This document shows, piece after piece, positions 1 through 9,427 of a stretch of 59,515 nt of DNA. The position numbers and the translations under genes were made by a program. Each line of letters begins with the position of its first letter. The stretch's first letter is position 1. The DNA lies in assembly GCA_046074785.1 (NCBI GenBank), contig JBJTOX010000071.1, positions 1 through 59,515 of the forward strand. Direction: 5' to 3'. The DNA comes from Actinomycetota bacterium (GTDB lineage Bacteria; Actinomycetota; Acidimicrobiia; Acidimicrobiales; Ilumatobacteraceae). The notes under the pieces were generated by a model. That model worked only from the letters and a program-made list of their open reading frames with translations, was not told the origin of the DNA and made no database searches.

Positions 1-112
1 AAAGCTCCGTGAGCGCCACGCCGGTGAACCCGGTTGGGGTGCTGCAAGTCAAACCAGCGGAACTTGGGCACCACCCGTCACTGACGGCCCGGTCACCAAG
101 TACCACGGCGGA

Positions 113-787
113 GTGATGACCGTTGGCGGTGCTGCCAGCGCCACTCTCGTGCTCTTTGCCGTCTTGCTCGTCTCGGCTGCGGTCGGTTGGATCGCCGTTG
201 CCGAGCCGGAACCGGGCGTGCTCGCATTCCCACCGATGGCGTTCGTCGGCGCGATCGTCGGATTCATCGCGGCGATTGTCTCGGTGTTCAAGCCGATGTG
301 GTCGCACATCCTCGGCCCGGTGTATGCGGTGGGTCAGGGGCTGTTCGTCGGTGCAATCTCCAAGATGTTCGACGCCCAGTACTCGGGCATCGTTGTGCAG
401 GCCGTAGGCACCACGCTCGCGGTCTTTGGCGTGATGTTGTTCCTCTATCGTAGCAAAGTGATTCGAGTGACCGACAAGTTCCGCCGCATCGTGATCGGCG
501 CCACCCTCGGCCTCGTGGTGTTCTACCTCGCGTCGTTCCTGTTCAGCTTGTTCGGGGCCAATGTTTCGTTCATCAACGGCAGCAGTGGCTTCGGAATCCT
601 GTTCAGCCTCTTCGTTGCGGGGCTTGCAGCCTTCAACCTTGCCCTTGACTTCGACTTCATCGAACAGGGTGAGCGCATGGCACTGCCGCGGCGCATGGAG
701 TGGTTCGCGGCACTCGGCTTGCTCGTCACTCTTGTGTGGCTGTATCTCGAAGTTCTCCGACTTCTCGCCAAACTGCGCGAGCGTTAG
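113..787 (+). CDS. Bax inhibitor-1/YccA-like integral membrane protein
   Basis: 224-aa ORF with about seven hydrophobic segments and a short basic C-terminal tail (LRLLAKLRER). The layout resembles the actinobacterial BI-1-like family. Opposite-strand ORFs 49-309 and 523-771 look like shadow frames. Confidence 0.55.
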   Translation: MMTVGGAASATLVLFAVLLVSAAVGWIAVAEPEPGVLAFPPMAFVGAIVGFIAAIVSVFKPMWSHILGPVYAVGQGLFVGAISKMFDAQYSGIVVQAVGTTLAVFGVMLFLYRSKVIRVTDKFRRIVIGATLGLVVFYLASFLFSLFGANVSFINGSSGFGILFSLFVAGLAAFNLALDFDFIEQGERMALPRRMEWFAALGLLVTLVWLYLEVLRLLAKLRER

Positions 788-895
788 ACCGTTTGGTCCG
801 AAGCGGAAGCCATAACTCGAATCGCTCGGTACCTGGCAACGCTCAAGCATGGCGCCGTTCCGAAATCAGATTCGATCCGAGGGTAGATTCGCCTT

Positions 896-1777
896 GTGAC
901 GTTGTCTCGATTGTCAGCCGATGATCTTGAGGTGATTCACCGAGAGGGCATCTGTTTGAAGCCTGATTTCTTCTCGACGAACGACATTCGCGAGTTGCAT
1001 GATGCTGCGTTACGAATGCGTGACTATTCGGTATCGCACTCGATCGATGCGCGACGCTGGATCCTTGTCTCTCCCGTTGACGCTGTTCGGAAGTCGTTCA
1101 AGCCCGGGGGTTATCGGGCCATCAGGCATCTGAGCCGTGTTGCCGAGGGATGCGGATTTCGAGACTTCGCTTCGAGGTACCTGTCGGGCGAAGTTCACCT
1201 AGATCACGTCATGAGCATCGAATCACCTCAGTCGTCCGAGGCGATAACACCATGGCACACCGATGCCAACTCCGATGACTTGCACGAGGACTTCTTCTCA
1301 CTGAAGTTCTTCATCTACCTGAATGACATCTCGGTAGCCAACGGAGCGTTTGCCTACGTTCGAGGCTCCCATCGCCTGGTCACGATTCTTCGGCGAGGAA
1401 TATTCCAGAGGAAGATTCCCTTCGTTCGAACTGCATCACCGCGTGAACTGATCGATGCAACCGAGGAACGGAAGGTTCGTGAGTATCTCTCGCAGGAGAT
1501 GAATCCGGGTGAGATTGAAGAAACACTCTCTCACTTGCGCGTCTTACGGGACGATTTGCCGGGTGATGCTTCTCACGACTTGGCCGGTGTGGCTGGAACA
1601 TTGCTCGTGTTCGATGATCGAGGGGTTCATCGTGGCGGCGTTCCGACGCACGGCCATCGTTCAATTCTCCGCTACAACTACGTTCTCAATGCATACAACG
1701 CCTTGGGTGGAAAGCGTGCCAAGGCGAATCAGATGGTCAAGCAGCTCTTGCCTTCTGCGATTCGGAAAAACTGGTGA
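896..1777 (+). CDS. PhyH-type Fe(II)/2-oxoglutarate dioxygenase family protein
   Basis: 293-aa ORF starting at GTG 896. It has a His-x-Asp iron motif in PWHTDAN and a distal His in RGVHRGG, spaced as in phytanoyl-CoA dioxygenase-like enzymes. Confidence 0.6.
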   Translation: MTLSRLSADDLEVIHREGICLKPDFFSTNDIRELHDAALRMRDYSVSHSIDARRWILVSPVDAVRKSFKPGGYRAIRHLSRVAEGCGFRDFASRYLSGEVHLDHVMSIESPQSSEAITPWHTDANSDDLHEDFFSLKFFIYLNDISVANGAFAYVRGSHRLVTILRRGIFQRKIPFVRTASPRELIDATEERKVREYLSQEMNPGEIEETLSHLRVLRDDLPGDASHDLAGVAGTLLVFDDRGVHRGGVPTHGHRSILRYNYVLNAYNALGGKRAKANQMVKQLLPSAIRKNW

Positions 1778-1778
1778 G

Positions 1779-2369
1779 TTGATTCCCGAAGAGACGCGTT
1801 GGCTGCGCGAGCATCCGGACGGCAGACGTCGTTGCTGGTGGTGCGGTGACGACCCGCTCTACGTTGCGTATCACGACGACGAATGGGGAAAGCCTGTGCG
1901 CGACGATCGACGTCTATTCGAGAAGATCTGCCTTGAAGGTTTTCAGTCGGGTCTGAGTTGGCTCACGATTCTGCGAAAACGAGAGAATTTTCGGCGAGCA
2001 TTCGCCGACTTCGACATCGAGCGCATCGCCCACTTCGGTGAACCCGATGTGGTTCGATTGCTCGGTGACGCCGGCATCGTCAGGCATCGCGGCAAGATCG
2101 AGTCGACGATCAACAATGCCCGTCGATGTCGCGAGATTGTCCGTGATCACCCTTCTCTGTCGGACTTCATCTGGGAGTTTCGTCCCAGCAATCCGGAAGG
2201 TGATCGCTCGACACCTCCAGGCATACCGTCGCAGACCCCTTCGTCGGTTCGTCTCTCGAAGGCGCTAAAGCAGAAAGGTTGGACGTTCGTCGGCCCAACG
2301 ACGATGTACGCGTTCATGCAATCCGTCGGCATGGTCAACGACCATCTTGAAGGTTGTTGGGCGCGCTGA
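1779..2369 (+). CDS. tag: DNA-3-methyladenine glycosylase I
   Basis: Near-textbook Tag motifs: CWWCGDDPLYVAYHDDEWG, FEKICLEGFQSGLSWLTILRKRENFR, VRHRGKIESTINNA. The track ORF from ATG 1509 overlaps the upstream gene by about 270 nt. TTG 1779, 1 nt after the upstream TGA, is the only in-frame start beyond that stop. Confidence 0.85.
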   Translation: MIPEETRWLREHPDGRRRCWWCGDDPLYVAYHDDEWGKPVRDDRRLFEKICLEGFQSGLSWLTILRKRENFRRAFADFDIERIAHFGEPDVVRLLGDAGIVRHRGKIESTINNARRCREIVRDHPSLSDFIWEFRPSNPEGDRSTPPGIPSQTPSSVRLSKALKQKGWTFVGPTTMYAFMQSVGMVNDHLEGCWAR

Positions 2370-2545
2370 ACGAAGAGCTAGTTGCTCGGTTTGTCGAGAC
2401 GCTCAAGCATGAGTTCCACCTCGGCGAGTTCGGCTTCGATTGCATCAAGATCAACCGGCTCGTCGCGTCGGTCATTCGTGTCACTCATCATCGCAAGAGT
2501 AGGCGAACGGGTATGCGGTGTCACGCACCGCTAGCGTGACCCTTC

Positions 2546-3103
2546 ATGCCAACCCAGTTTCCGCCGTTCGACGGCACAGCACAGAAACAGCAACGCTTTG
2601 CCGAGCCGCCGGAGATGGGGATCGATGCAAAGAAGCGTTACACGGCGACGATGAGCACGTCCCTGGGAGAAATCATCATCGCACTCGATGCGATTAATGC
2701 ACCTCGAACCGTGAACAACTTCGTGTTTCTCGCCCTGCACCACTACTACGACGGCGTCATCTTCCACCGCATCATCAAGAACTTCGTGTGCCAAGGCGGT
2801 GACCCTGAGGGTTCTGGTCGTGGCGGTCCGGGTTACCGATTCGGCGACGAACTTCCGAAGCCGAATCAGTACAAGCTCGGGTCGTTGGCCATGGCGAACG
2901 CCGGACCGAACACGAATGGTTCTCAGTTCTTCATCATCAGCGGTCCCGATGGATGCCGACTACCTCCTCAATACTCCCTGTTCGGCCAGGTGGTGAAGGG
3001 CTTGGATGTGGTCGAAACGATGCAAAACGTGCCGACTGGCTCGGGCGACCGCCCGAAGACCGACGTCGTCATCAATTCGGTAACGATCTCCGTCGTCGAG
3101 TAA
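2546..3103 (+). CDS. Cyclophilin-type peptidyl-prolyl cis-trans isomerase
   Basis: 185 aa with FHRIIKNFVCQGGDP, GGPGYRFGDE and SLAMANAGPNTNGSQFFI, the classic cyclophilin signature. Confidence 0.9.
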   Translation: MPTQFPPFDGTAQKQQRFAEPPEMGIDAKKRYTATMSTSLGEIIIALDAINAPRTVNNFVFLALHHYYDGVIFHRIIKNFVCQGGDPEGSGRGGPGYRFGDELPKPNQYKLGSLAMANAGPNTNGSQFFIISGPDGCRLPPQYSLFGQVVKGLDVVETMQNVPTGSGDRPKTDVVINSVTISVVE

Positions 3104-3108
3104 TTCTG

Positions 3109-4371
3109 GTGACGCGCGGTCGCTCAGGCGACTCCGACGCGAGGCCCAAGCCGCGTCGTTCTGCCGGGAAACTCGGGGGCTCCGTTGACCTGAGTCTTTC
3201 GGAGGCGCGACGAGTCGCACTTGCAGCACAGGGCTTCGGTCGTGACTATCAGGGAGGCGACTCGAAGAAACTGCAGGACGTGATCCGTCATGTAGGAGTA
3301 CTGCAGATCGACTCCGTCAACGTATTGGTGCGAAGCCAAGAACTTCCGATCTTCGCAAGAATCGGTAAGCACGATCGGAAAGTAGTAACCGACGCCGTCA
3401 CCAAGGGCAGGCTGTTTGAGTACTGGGTGCACGAAGCATCGTTGGCGCCTGTGGAGTTGCATCCATTGATGCGCTGGAAGATGGCCCGACCGCATCCCTG
3501 GTTCGGCACCTACTACACGAGCAATAAGTCGCTGGTCGAGCGACTGTTCCGACGTGTAGCTGAGGAGGGCCCCCTCAAGGCGGCCGACGTTTCAATGAGG
3601 GTTGGCAAGAAGGGCACATGGTGGGACTGGGACGATGCCAAACGAGCTCTGGAATACCTCTTCTATGCCGGTCGAGTTACCACGCGTGCCCGCGATTCCG
3701 ACTTTGCTCGCGTCTACGACCTGCCCGAGCGAGTGTTGCCCGAACATGTGCTCGATGCGCCGACGCCCTCCGAGTTTGACTCGCGGCGGGAGCTGATTCG
3801 TCGTGCAGCGGATCATCTCGGTATCGCGACGTTCGGTGATCTGGCCGACTATCACCGTCAGAAACCACGCGAAGCACGACCGGCGTTGCAGTCGCTCGTC
3901 GAAGACGGGTCGTTGCGTATCGCACGCGTAGAGGGATGGGAAAAACCGGCATTCGTACCCAGGCGACTTGTCATCCCCAAGAGTGTTTCTGGGTGTGCAC
4001 TGTTGTCACCGTTCGACTCGTTGGTGTGGAACCGTGAGCGCAACGAGCGACTATTCGGATTTCACTATCGAATCGAGATCTATACCCCGAGACCAAAACG
4101 ACGTTTCGGCTACTACGTCTTGCCGGTGCTGTGCGGTGGACGGCTCGTCGGACGCCTCGACATGAAGGCCGACAGACAGAACAGCACGCTGCGCGTTGAA
4201 GGTGCGTTCACTGAATCGGGCGTCAAGCCACGAGACGTGGTGGCGCCCATCGTCACAGAGGTGCAATCGATGGCGGATTGGCTTGGGCTCGACGCGGTGG
4301 AGATCGGCCGTCGTGGATCGTTGGCGAAGCCACTCACCCAGCATTTCTCGCGCAAGAAACGCACGCGCTGA
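3109..4371 (+). CDS. YcaQ/AlkZ-like winged-helix DNA glycosylase family protein (DUF1006)
   Basis: About 420 aa after trimming the track ORF (2953) to GTG 3109, just past the PPIase stop. The N-terminal LSLSEARRVALAAQGF, then VGVLQIDSVNVL and the C-terminal GYYVLPVL..GRLVGRLDMKADR block, are typical of the crosslink-repair glycosylase YcaQ family. Confidence 0.7.
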   Translation: MTRGRSGDSDARPKPRRSAGKLGGSVDLSLSEARRVALAAQGFGRDYQGGDSKKLQDVIRHVGVLQIDSVNVLVRSQELPIFARIGKHDRKVVTDAVTKGRLFEYWVHEASLAPVELHPLMRWKMARPHPWFGTYYTSNKSLVERLFRRVAEEGPLKAADVSMRVGKKGTWWDWDDAKRALEYLFYAGRVTTRARDSDFARVYDLPERVLPEHVLDAPTPSEFDSRRELIRRAADHLGIATFGDLADYHRQKPREARPALQSLVEDGSLRIARVEGWEKPAFVPRRLVIPKSVSGCALLSPFDSLVWNRERNERLFGFHYRIEIYTPRPKRRFGYYVLPVLCGGRLVGRLDMKADRQNSTLRVEGAFTESGVKPRDVVAPIVTEVQSMADWLGLDAVEIGRRGSLAKPLTQHFSRKKRTR

Positions 4372-4390
4372 CACGCATAGCGTTGAAGAA

Positions 4391-5122
4391 GTGACGCCGC
4401 TCATCGCCGTAGCCGGTCGAACGGGAGCACCGAGCCGGGTTTCGCGTGACGAGGTTGCCTTCGCCGGCAAGCGTTATCTGCATTCGATTCTGCGTGCAGG
4501 GGGCGAACCCGTGGTGATTGCGCCGCAAGTCTTCCAGGCTGACGATGCGAGCGAATTGTTGTCGCGATTCGACGCATTGTTGTTGATGGGTGGCCCCGAC
4601 GTAGACCCTGCCTTGTACGGGCAGCAAGCATCACCGCACATTTACGGCGTGTCTCCGCAACAAGATCGATTCGAGTCGGCGATGTTGCATGGTGCCCTGG
4701 CCAACGAACTACCCGTGCTGGCCGTGTGTCGCGGTATGCAGCTCAGCAATGTGGTGCTTGGCGGATCGCTCGTGCAACACCTCGCCGACCTGCCCGAAGC
4801 ATCGTCATTGGTTGCCCACGCGCCGGGTGAGTTTCCGGTCGGTGCCGAGTTCGCGTTGCACGACATCGAACTCATCGACGATTGCTGGTTGGTGCGCGCC
4901 ACCGGTGCGTCGCGTGTTCGTGGGGCTTCGTTTCATCACCAGGGAATCGATCGACTTGCTCCGGGCTTTCGCGCCGTCGGTCGTGCGCCAGACGGCCTGC
5001 TGGAGGCGGTCGAGCATGAGCGACACCGAATCATTGGCGTGCAGTGGCACCCCGAAGACACGTCAGCCGATGACCCCCAGCAGCAAGGCATCTACGACGC
5101 GTTCGTAGACCTCGCGCGATAA
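4391..5122 (+). CDS. Class I glutamine amidotransferase / peptidase C26 (PuuD-like gamma-glutamyl hydrolase family)
   Basis: Catalytic-triad context LAVCRGMQL, SFHHQGID and GVQWHPE. Start trimmed to GTG 4391, 19 nt after the upstream stop. The first 65 codons of track ORF 4196 overlap the previous gene. Confidence 0.75.
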   Translation: MTPLIAVAGRTGAPSRVSRDEVAFAGKRYLHSILRAGGEPVVIAPQVFQADDASELLSRFDALLLMGGPDVDPALYGQQASPHIYGVSPQQDRFESAMLHGALANELPVLAVCRGMQLSNVVLGGSLVQHLADLPEASSLVAHAPGEFPVGAEFALHDIELIDDCWLVRATGASRVRGASFHHQGIDRLAPGFRAVGRAPDGLLEAVEHERHRIIGVQWHPEDTSADDPQQQGIYDAFVDLAR

Positions 5123-6031
5123 CTACGTCGAATTGCGTTGGGGCATCGCCCATCGGACGGCGCGCGTGATGACATCACCGAGTGGACGAAGTGCAAGCCG
5201 TTCGGTGAGAGGCAAGTAGGGCAGTCCAAGATGCGGTCGTGACCAGCGCGGCAGTGTCGAGATCGTCGCTGCAACGAGCAGGGAATACGCGGCACGTGCG
5301 ACCGGGGGAAGTGGTGGCTCAAACAGCAGGTATCGCATGGCATCGCGAGACTCTTTGGTTCCACGTATCTCGCCGTGGTACGACGAAATCTGATCACGGA
5401 GCGCTCGCACTGACTCGGGAGGCGCCGGAACGCCGAGCTTGCGGGCGATTACGGCAGTGTCCTTTACGTACTCGTCACAGCCGGCAGCATCGAGTGGAAA
5501 CTCACCGAAACGTTGATGTGCCGTGAGGAAACTGTCGATCTCGACGATGTGCACCCATCGCAGGAGATGCGGATCGCGCGCCGAGTACGGCCGGCCATCA
5601 CTCGCCGTGCCAACCACCCTTTCGTGAACCCGGTTGACGACGTCGACGGCGCGCTGCGCCTCGCTCACGGGACCGAACGATGTTGCGGCGAGGAAGTCGG
5701 CCGTTCTCTGTAGACGTCCCCACGGATCGCTTCGATAATCCGAGTGCTGCGCGACGCCCGCCATAGCAAGTGGATGTAGCGACTGGACGAGCAGTGCCCT
5801 GAGGCCGCCGATGAACATCGAGGCATCGGCGTGCACGCGACGGATCGGACGCTCATCGGAGAACCATCGTGGTGCAGTTGGTTCCATGAGCTGCATCATT
5901 CGTGTCTCGCCATCTGGGCCGGCAACACGCTCACGCAACGCCCTTCCAAGTGCCTCGCGCACGGTCGTCAACGCATCGTCGACGGCATCACGCGAGAAAT
6001 TCACAAGTTCATCGTGCCAGCGGTCTTGCAA
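5123..6031 (-). CDS. MpaB/DUF2236-family oxygenase-like protein
   Basis: 302-aa ORF. The block DASMFIGGLRALLVQSLHPLAMAGVAQHSDYRSDPWGRLQRTADFL matches my recollection of the DUF2236 core. The start is a TTG and is uncertain. Confidence 0.55.
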   Translation of the reverse strand: MQDRWHDELVNFSRDAVDDALTTVREALGRALRERVAGPDGETRMMQLMEPTAPRWFSDERPIRRVHADASMFIGGLRALLVQSLHPLAMAGVAQHSDYRSDPWGRLQRTADFLAATSFGPVSEAQRAVDVVNRVHERVVGTASDGRPYSARDPHLLRWVHIVEIDSFLTAHQRFGEFPLDAAGCDEYVKDTAVIARKLGVPAPPESVRALRDQISSYHGEIRGTKESRDAMRYLLFEPPLPPVARAAYSLLVAATISTLPRWSRPHLGLPYLPLTERLALRPLGDVITRAVRWAMPQRNST

Positions 6032-6070
6032 ATCACCTGCACCAAGGTCGTCGGTACTCTGAAAGATGTG

Positions 6071-7153
6071 ATGGATTCACCGAGCACAGACACTTCGATG
6101 CCTCGTTGGGTGCCCCGGGCAATCCTGCTCTTGTGGCTCGGCTATCTCGGAACGGTGCTGTTTCAAGAGTTGTGGGACCGCCTGTTCGGCTTCTTCCTAC
6201 TGCTGGTGATCGCACTGTTCATCGCCTTGGCCATCGAACCAGGGACGAATCGATTGGCGCGGCGTGGAATGCGACGTGGCGTGGCGACCGGTCTGATACT
6301 CGCCGCCGTCGCTGTCGTTGCCGCCGGATTCGTCGCAGTGATGGGGGCGCTCATCGCCGATCAGGCAAACGAACTCACCAACAACCGCGATACCTACGTC
6401 ACCGATGTCGTCGGGTTCTTGAACGACACGTTCGGCACCGAACTCGATGCCGACGAAATCATCGAATCAATCGATGATCCCAATGGGCCGGTGAGGGAAT
6501 TCCTCAACTCGCAGGCCGACCGAGCGGTGCAACTCGGAGTGTCAGCATTCAGCACGTTGTTCCAGGTGTTCTCGATTCTGTTGTTTACGTTCTATTTCGC
6601 CGCAGACGGTCCGCGGCTGCGAAGGACGATCTGCAGTTGGCTGCGTCCGCAACGCCAACGAGTGGTGCTTGACGTCTGGGAACTTGCCGTCGAAAAGACC
6701 GGCGGCTATCTGTCGTCTCGGGCGATTCTTGCTGTGGTGTCATCCTTCTTGCACTGGATTGCATTCCAGGCAATTGGTACTCCTGCGCCGATCGCGTTGG
6801 CGTTGTGGGTGGGAGTCGTTTCTCAGTTCCTCCCCGTGATCGGCATCTACGTCGCCGGGGCGTTCCCGTTGCTGCTCACCGTCGTCGATTCCCCATTGAA
6901 GGCACTCTTCGTGCTCGGCTTCATCGTGATTTATCAGCAAATCGAAAACTTCCTCATCGCTCCGAAGGTGACCGCGCAGAAAATGGAGCTGCATGCTGGC
7001 GTCGCGTTCGCCTCTGCAATCGTGGGAGGTGCCGTGCTCGGCCCAACCGGTGCAATTCTCGGCTTGCCGGCTGCCGCCGTCATTCAGGGTGTGCTGAGCT
7101 CGGTCGGTGAACGATACGAAGTGGTTGATGACGCAAAGGGAGCCGGAGAGTGA
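6071..7153 (+). CDS. AI-2E family transporter (PerM/UPF0118-like permease)
   Basis: About 360 aa from ATG 6071 (MDSPSTD...), with multiple TM helices and a conserved C-terminal region (IVIYQQIENFLIAPKV...GVAFASAIVGGAVLGPTGAILGLPAAAV). The upstream 80 codons of the track ORF overlap the divergent gene. Confidence 0.75.
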   Translation: MDSPSTDTSMPRWVPRAILLLWLGYLGTVLFQELWDRLFGFFLLLVIALFIALAIEPGTNRLARRGMRRGVATGLILAAVAVVAAGFVAVMGALIADQANELTNNRDTYVTDVVGFLNDTFGTELDADEIIESIDDPNGPVREFLNSQADRAVQLGVSAFSTLFQVFSILLFTFYFAADGPRLRRTICSWLRPQRQRVVLDVWELAVEKTGGYLSSRAILAVVSSFLHWIAFQAIGTPAPIALALWVGVVSQFLPVIGIYVAGAFPLLLTVVDSPLKALFVLGFIVIYQQIENFLIAPKVTAQKMELHAGVAFASAIVGGAVLGPTGAILGLPAAAVIQGVLSSVGERYEVVDDAKGAGE

Positions 7154-7725
7154 GGCTTCATGCCGTCTATTTCTCGGTTGCAGTCAGCACACTGCTCGTC
7201 GCGACTCCTGCGATGGCGAACCAAGACGTCGGGTCGGAGTCGACCAATGCCGGCGCGGCAGATGTTGCCCCGCTGCCATCGATTGCGCCGAATATCACCG
7301 AGTCTCGACGATTCGCGCCCATGATTCCGCGGAACACCGGTAGTGGTCGTCGCGTCGTCTACAGCAATTCCCTCCAGTGGGTGTGGGTCGTCGACAAGAA
7401 CGACGAGGTGATTCGATCGATTCCAGTGTCCGGTCGTCGGGGCATACCTGCACCCGGCAGATACGAGGTCACGACGAAGTCCCCGTGGTCGTTCAGTCTG
7501 GACTTTGAGGGTGTCACGTTCCGCTGGATGACACGCTTTGCCAAAGGACCCGCCGGCGGCAACATCGGCTTCCACGAGATTCCACGCAAGGACGGCAAGC
7601 CCATGCAGACGGTTTCACAACTCGGCTCCTTTGCTGGATCGGGTTGTATACGGATGGCCACCGAAGATGTGAAGTTCATCTACGAGTGGGCCAAACCCGG
7701 AACCCCCGTTGTCGTAACCAAATAG
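7150..7725 (+). CDS. L,D-transpeptidase (YkuD domain) with signal peptide
   Basis: N-terminal signal (VAVSTLLVATPAMA). Catalytic motif GFHEIP ... GSGCIRM. The GTG start overlaps the upstream stop (GTGA). Confidence 0.75.
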   Translation: MRLHAVYFSVAVSTLLVATPAMANQDVGSESTNAGAADVAPLPSIAPNITESRRFAPMIPRNTGSGRRVVYSNSLQWVWVVDKNDEVIRSIPVSGRRGIPAPGRYEVTTKSPWSFSLDFEGVTFRWMTRFAKGPAGGNIGFHEIPRKDGKPMQTVSQLGSFAGSGCIRMATEDVKFIYEWAKPGTPVVVTK

Positions 7726-7734
7726 TCGACCGTT

Positions 7735-9405
7735 CTAGAAGCGTCGCATCTCCTGTTGGAACAGCTCCAGCCCTAGGTTGCCGAGATCGAGGGCGTAGGT
7801 ATGCCACGCGCGCAAGTCAAAACCAGCGCCATGCTTGGAACGCGCCTCGTCGCGTAGTTGCAACCAGACACGTTCACCGAGCTTGTACGAAATCGCCTGT
7901 GCCGGCCAGCCGAGGTATCGATCGATCTCTGATTTGTTGAATGCGTCGTCGTTCGACGACCTTGCGGAGAGGAACTCGAGCGCTAGTTCAGGTGTCCAGG
8001 CTTCGCCTGCATGCCATCCCCAGTTCTTCGGGATCTTCTTCTCGCAATGCATGCCGATGTCGACCACGACGCGTGCCGCACGAAATGCCTGTGCGTACAG
8101 GAACCCAAGTCGATACTCCGGTCTGGCGAGGAATCCCAACTCATCCATGAGTCGCTCCGCGTACAGTGCCCATCCTTCGCCATGACCGCTCACGAATTCG
8201 TTGCGCTGGAAGCGTGAGAGCTTCTCCCGGTTGACGATTGCCATGCCGATCTGCATGTGGTGTCCCGGAACGCCCTCGTGATAGGCGGTCGTGGGCTCGC
8301 CCCACAACGGAAACCGTTTGCGACCGTTGGCCGGATACCACGTGCTTCCGGGTCGTGAGAGGTCCTCGCTCGGGGCCATGTAGTACTGGGCTGCAGCACC
8401 ACCGGGTGGCGAGATTTTTGCCTCGATCTTCCTGATGCCTTCGGGAATGTCGAAGTGATTGTTGGAGATGAGAAAGTCCATCGCATCATCCATCAAGTTC
8501 TGCAGCCACTGCCGCAGGTTTTCTTCTCCCTCGATTGCCTCGGAAGACTCGTTGTCAAGATACGAACGAACCTCCTCGAGTGTGGCGCCCGGCTTGATCT
8601 CTGAGGCGCACCGTTGAAGCTCCGCGTCGAGACGACGAACCTCGTCAAGACCCCATTCGTAGGCATCATCAGCGTCGATGTTCATGCCCATGTAGCGACG
8701 ACGAGCGAGTGCGTGTCGTTCCTCGCCGACTCCGTTGCGCGGATCGGCAACCGGTGCGTAACTTTCCCGGAGGAATCGCGCAGTCTCAGACAGGGCTTGC
8801 GTCGCCTGGCGGGCGGCACTGCGCAATGCGTCCACTGGAGCTCCGTCGACTGCGATGCCTTGCTCGGCGAGTGTGGTGAAGAATCCCGGTGCCGTCGAAC
8901 TTCCCGCCCAACCCTCGAGCATCTCGGCCACCGCGAGCACCTGTCGACGCGGTGCCACGACCTTGCGCTGCATACCGAGCTTCCACGACTCACGCATGCC
9001 ATTGAACGCCTCGGGTACCCTCGACATTCGTTCGGCAATCGTCTTCCAGTGCGCAGCAGTCGCGGTTGGCATCAGGTCGAATACCGAGCGTGCATAGTCG
9101 ACGTCACCCGCCAACACCCGAATGGTCCGGAGATGTTCACCAGCGGCAAACTCTCGTTCCGACATCTCGAGGGAGTTGCGCAGCACTCCCGCAGCAAGGC
9201 GATCTCGGTCGGATGCCTGATCCAAGGTTGCAAGTTTTGCCATCGTCGAGCGGTTCAGCGTCTCGCGGGCTTCGTGACCAGCGGGACTGAAGTCCGTCAT
9301 CAGGTGGTCGCTACCGGGAATGCCAAGCGCTGTTGCATATCCGGGATCGAGTTCCGCAAGCCGCTCGATGTAGGCATCGGATAGTTCAAAGACTGGTGAA
9401 GACAT
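7735..9405 (-). CDS. DUF885 family protein (metallopeptidase-like)
   Basis: About 556 aa with HEGVPGHHMQ and a downstream GEGWALYAE block characteristic of DUF885. Start is either ATG 9405 or GTG 9414. Confidence 0.7.
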   Translation of the reverse strand: MSSPVFELSDAYIERLAELDPGYATALGIPGSDHLMTDFSPAGHEARETLNRSTMAKLATLDQASDRDRLAAGVLRNSLEMSEREFAAGEHLRTIRVLAGDVDYARSVFDLMPTATAAHWKTIAERMSRVPEAFNGMRESWKLGMQRKVVAPRRQVLAVAEMLEGWAGSSTAPGFFTTLAEQGIAVDGAPVDALRSAARQATQALSETARFLRESYAPVADPRNGVGEERHALARRRYMGMNIDADDAYEWGLDEVRRLDAELQRCASEIKPGATLEEVRSYLDNESSEAIEGEENLRQWLQNLMDDAMDFLISNNHFDIPEGIRKIEAKISPPGGAAAQYYMAPSEDLSRPGSTWYPANGRKRFPLWGEPTTAYHEGVPGHHMQIGMAIVNREKLSRFQRNEFVSGHGEGWALYAERLMDELGFLARPEYRLGFLYAQAFRAARVVVDIGMHCEKKIPKNWGWHAGEAWTPELALEFLSARSSNDDAFNKSEIDRYLGWPAQAISYKLGERVWLQLRDEARSKHGAGFDLRAWHTYALDLGNLGLELFQQEMRRF

Positions 9406-9427
9406 GGCGTTCACCCTAAGCGGTGTG

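Noticed and set aside
1-112. A possible leader or riboswitch upstream of the BI-1-like gene.
   Set aside because: I could identify no recognisable riboswitch core sequence. The region is truncated by the window edge and may be the end of an upstream gene.
2953-3108. Upstream extensions of track ORFs that overlap the preceding gene: 2953-3108, 4196-4390, 5831-6070, 46218-46505 and 1509-1778.
   Set aside because: In each case the extension overlaps a confidently called upstream gene in another frame, and an internal start gives a family-typical N-terminus.
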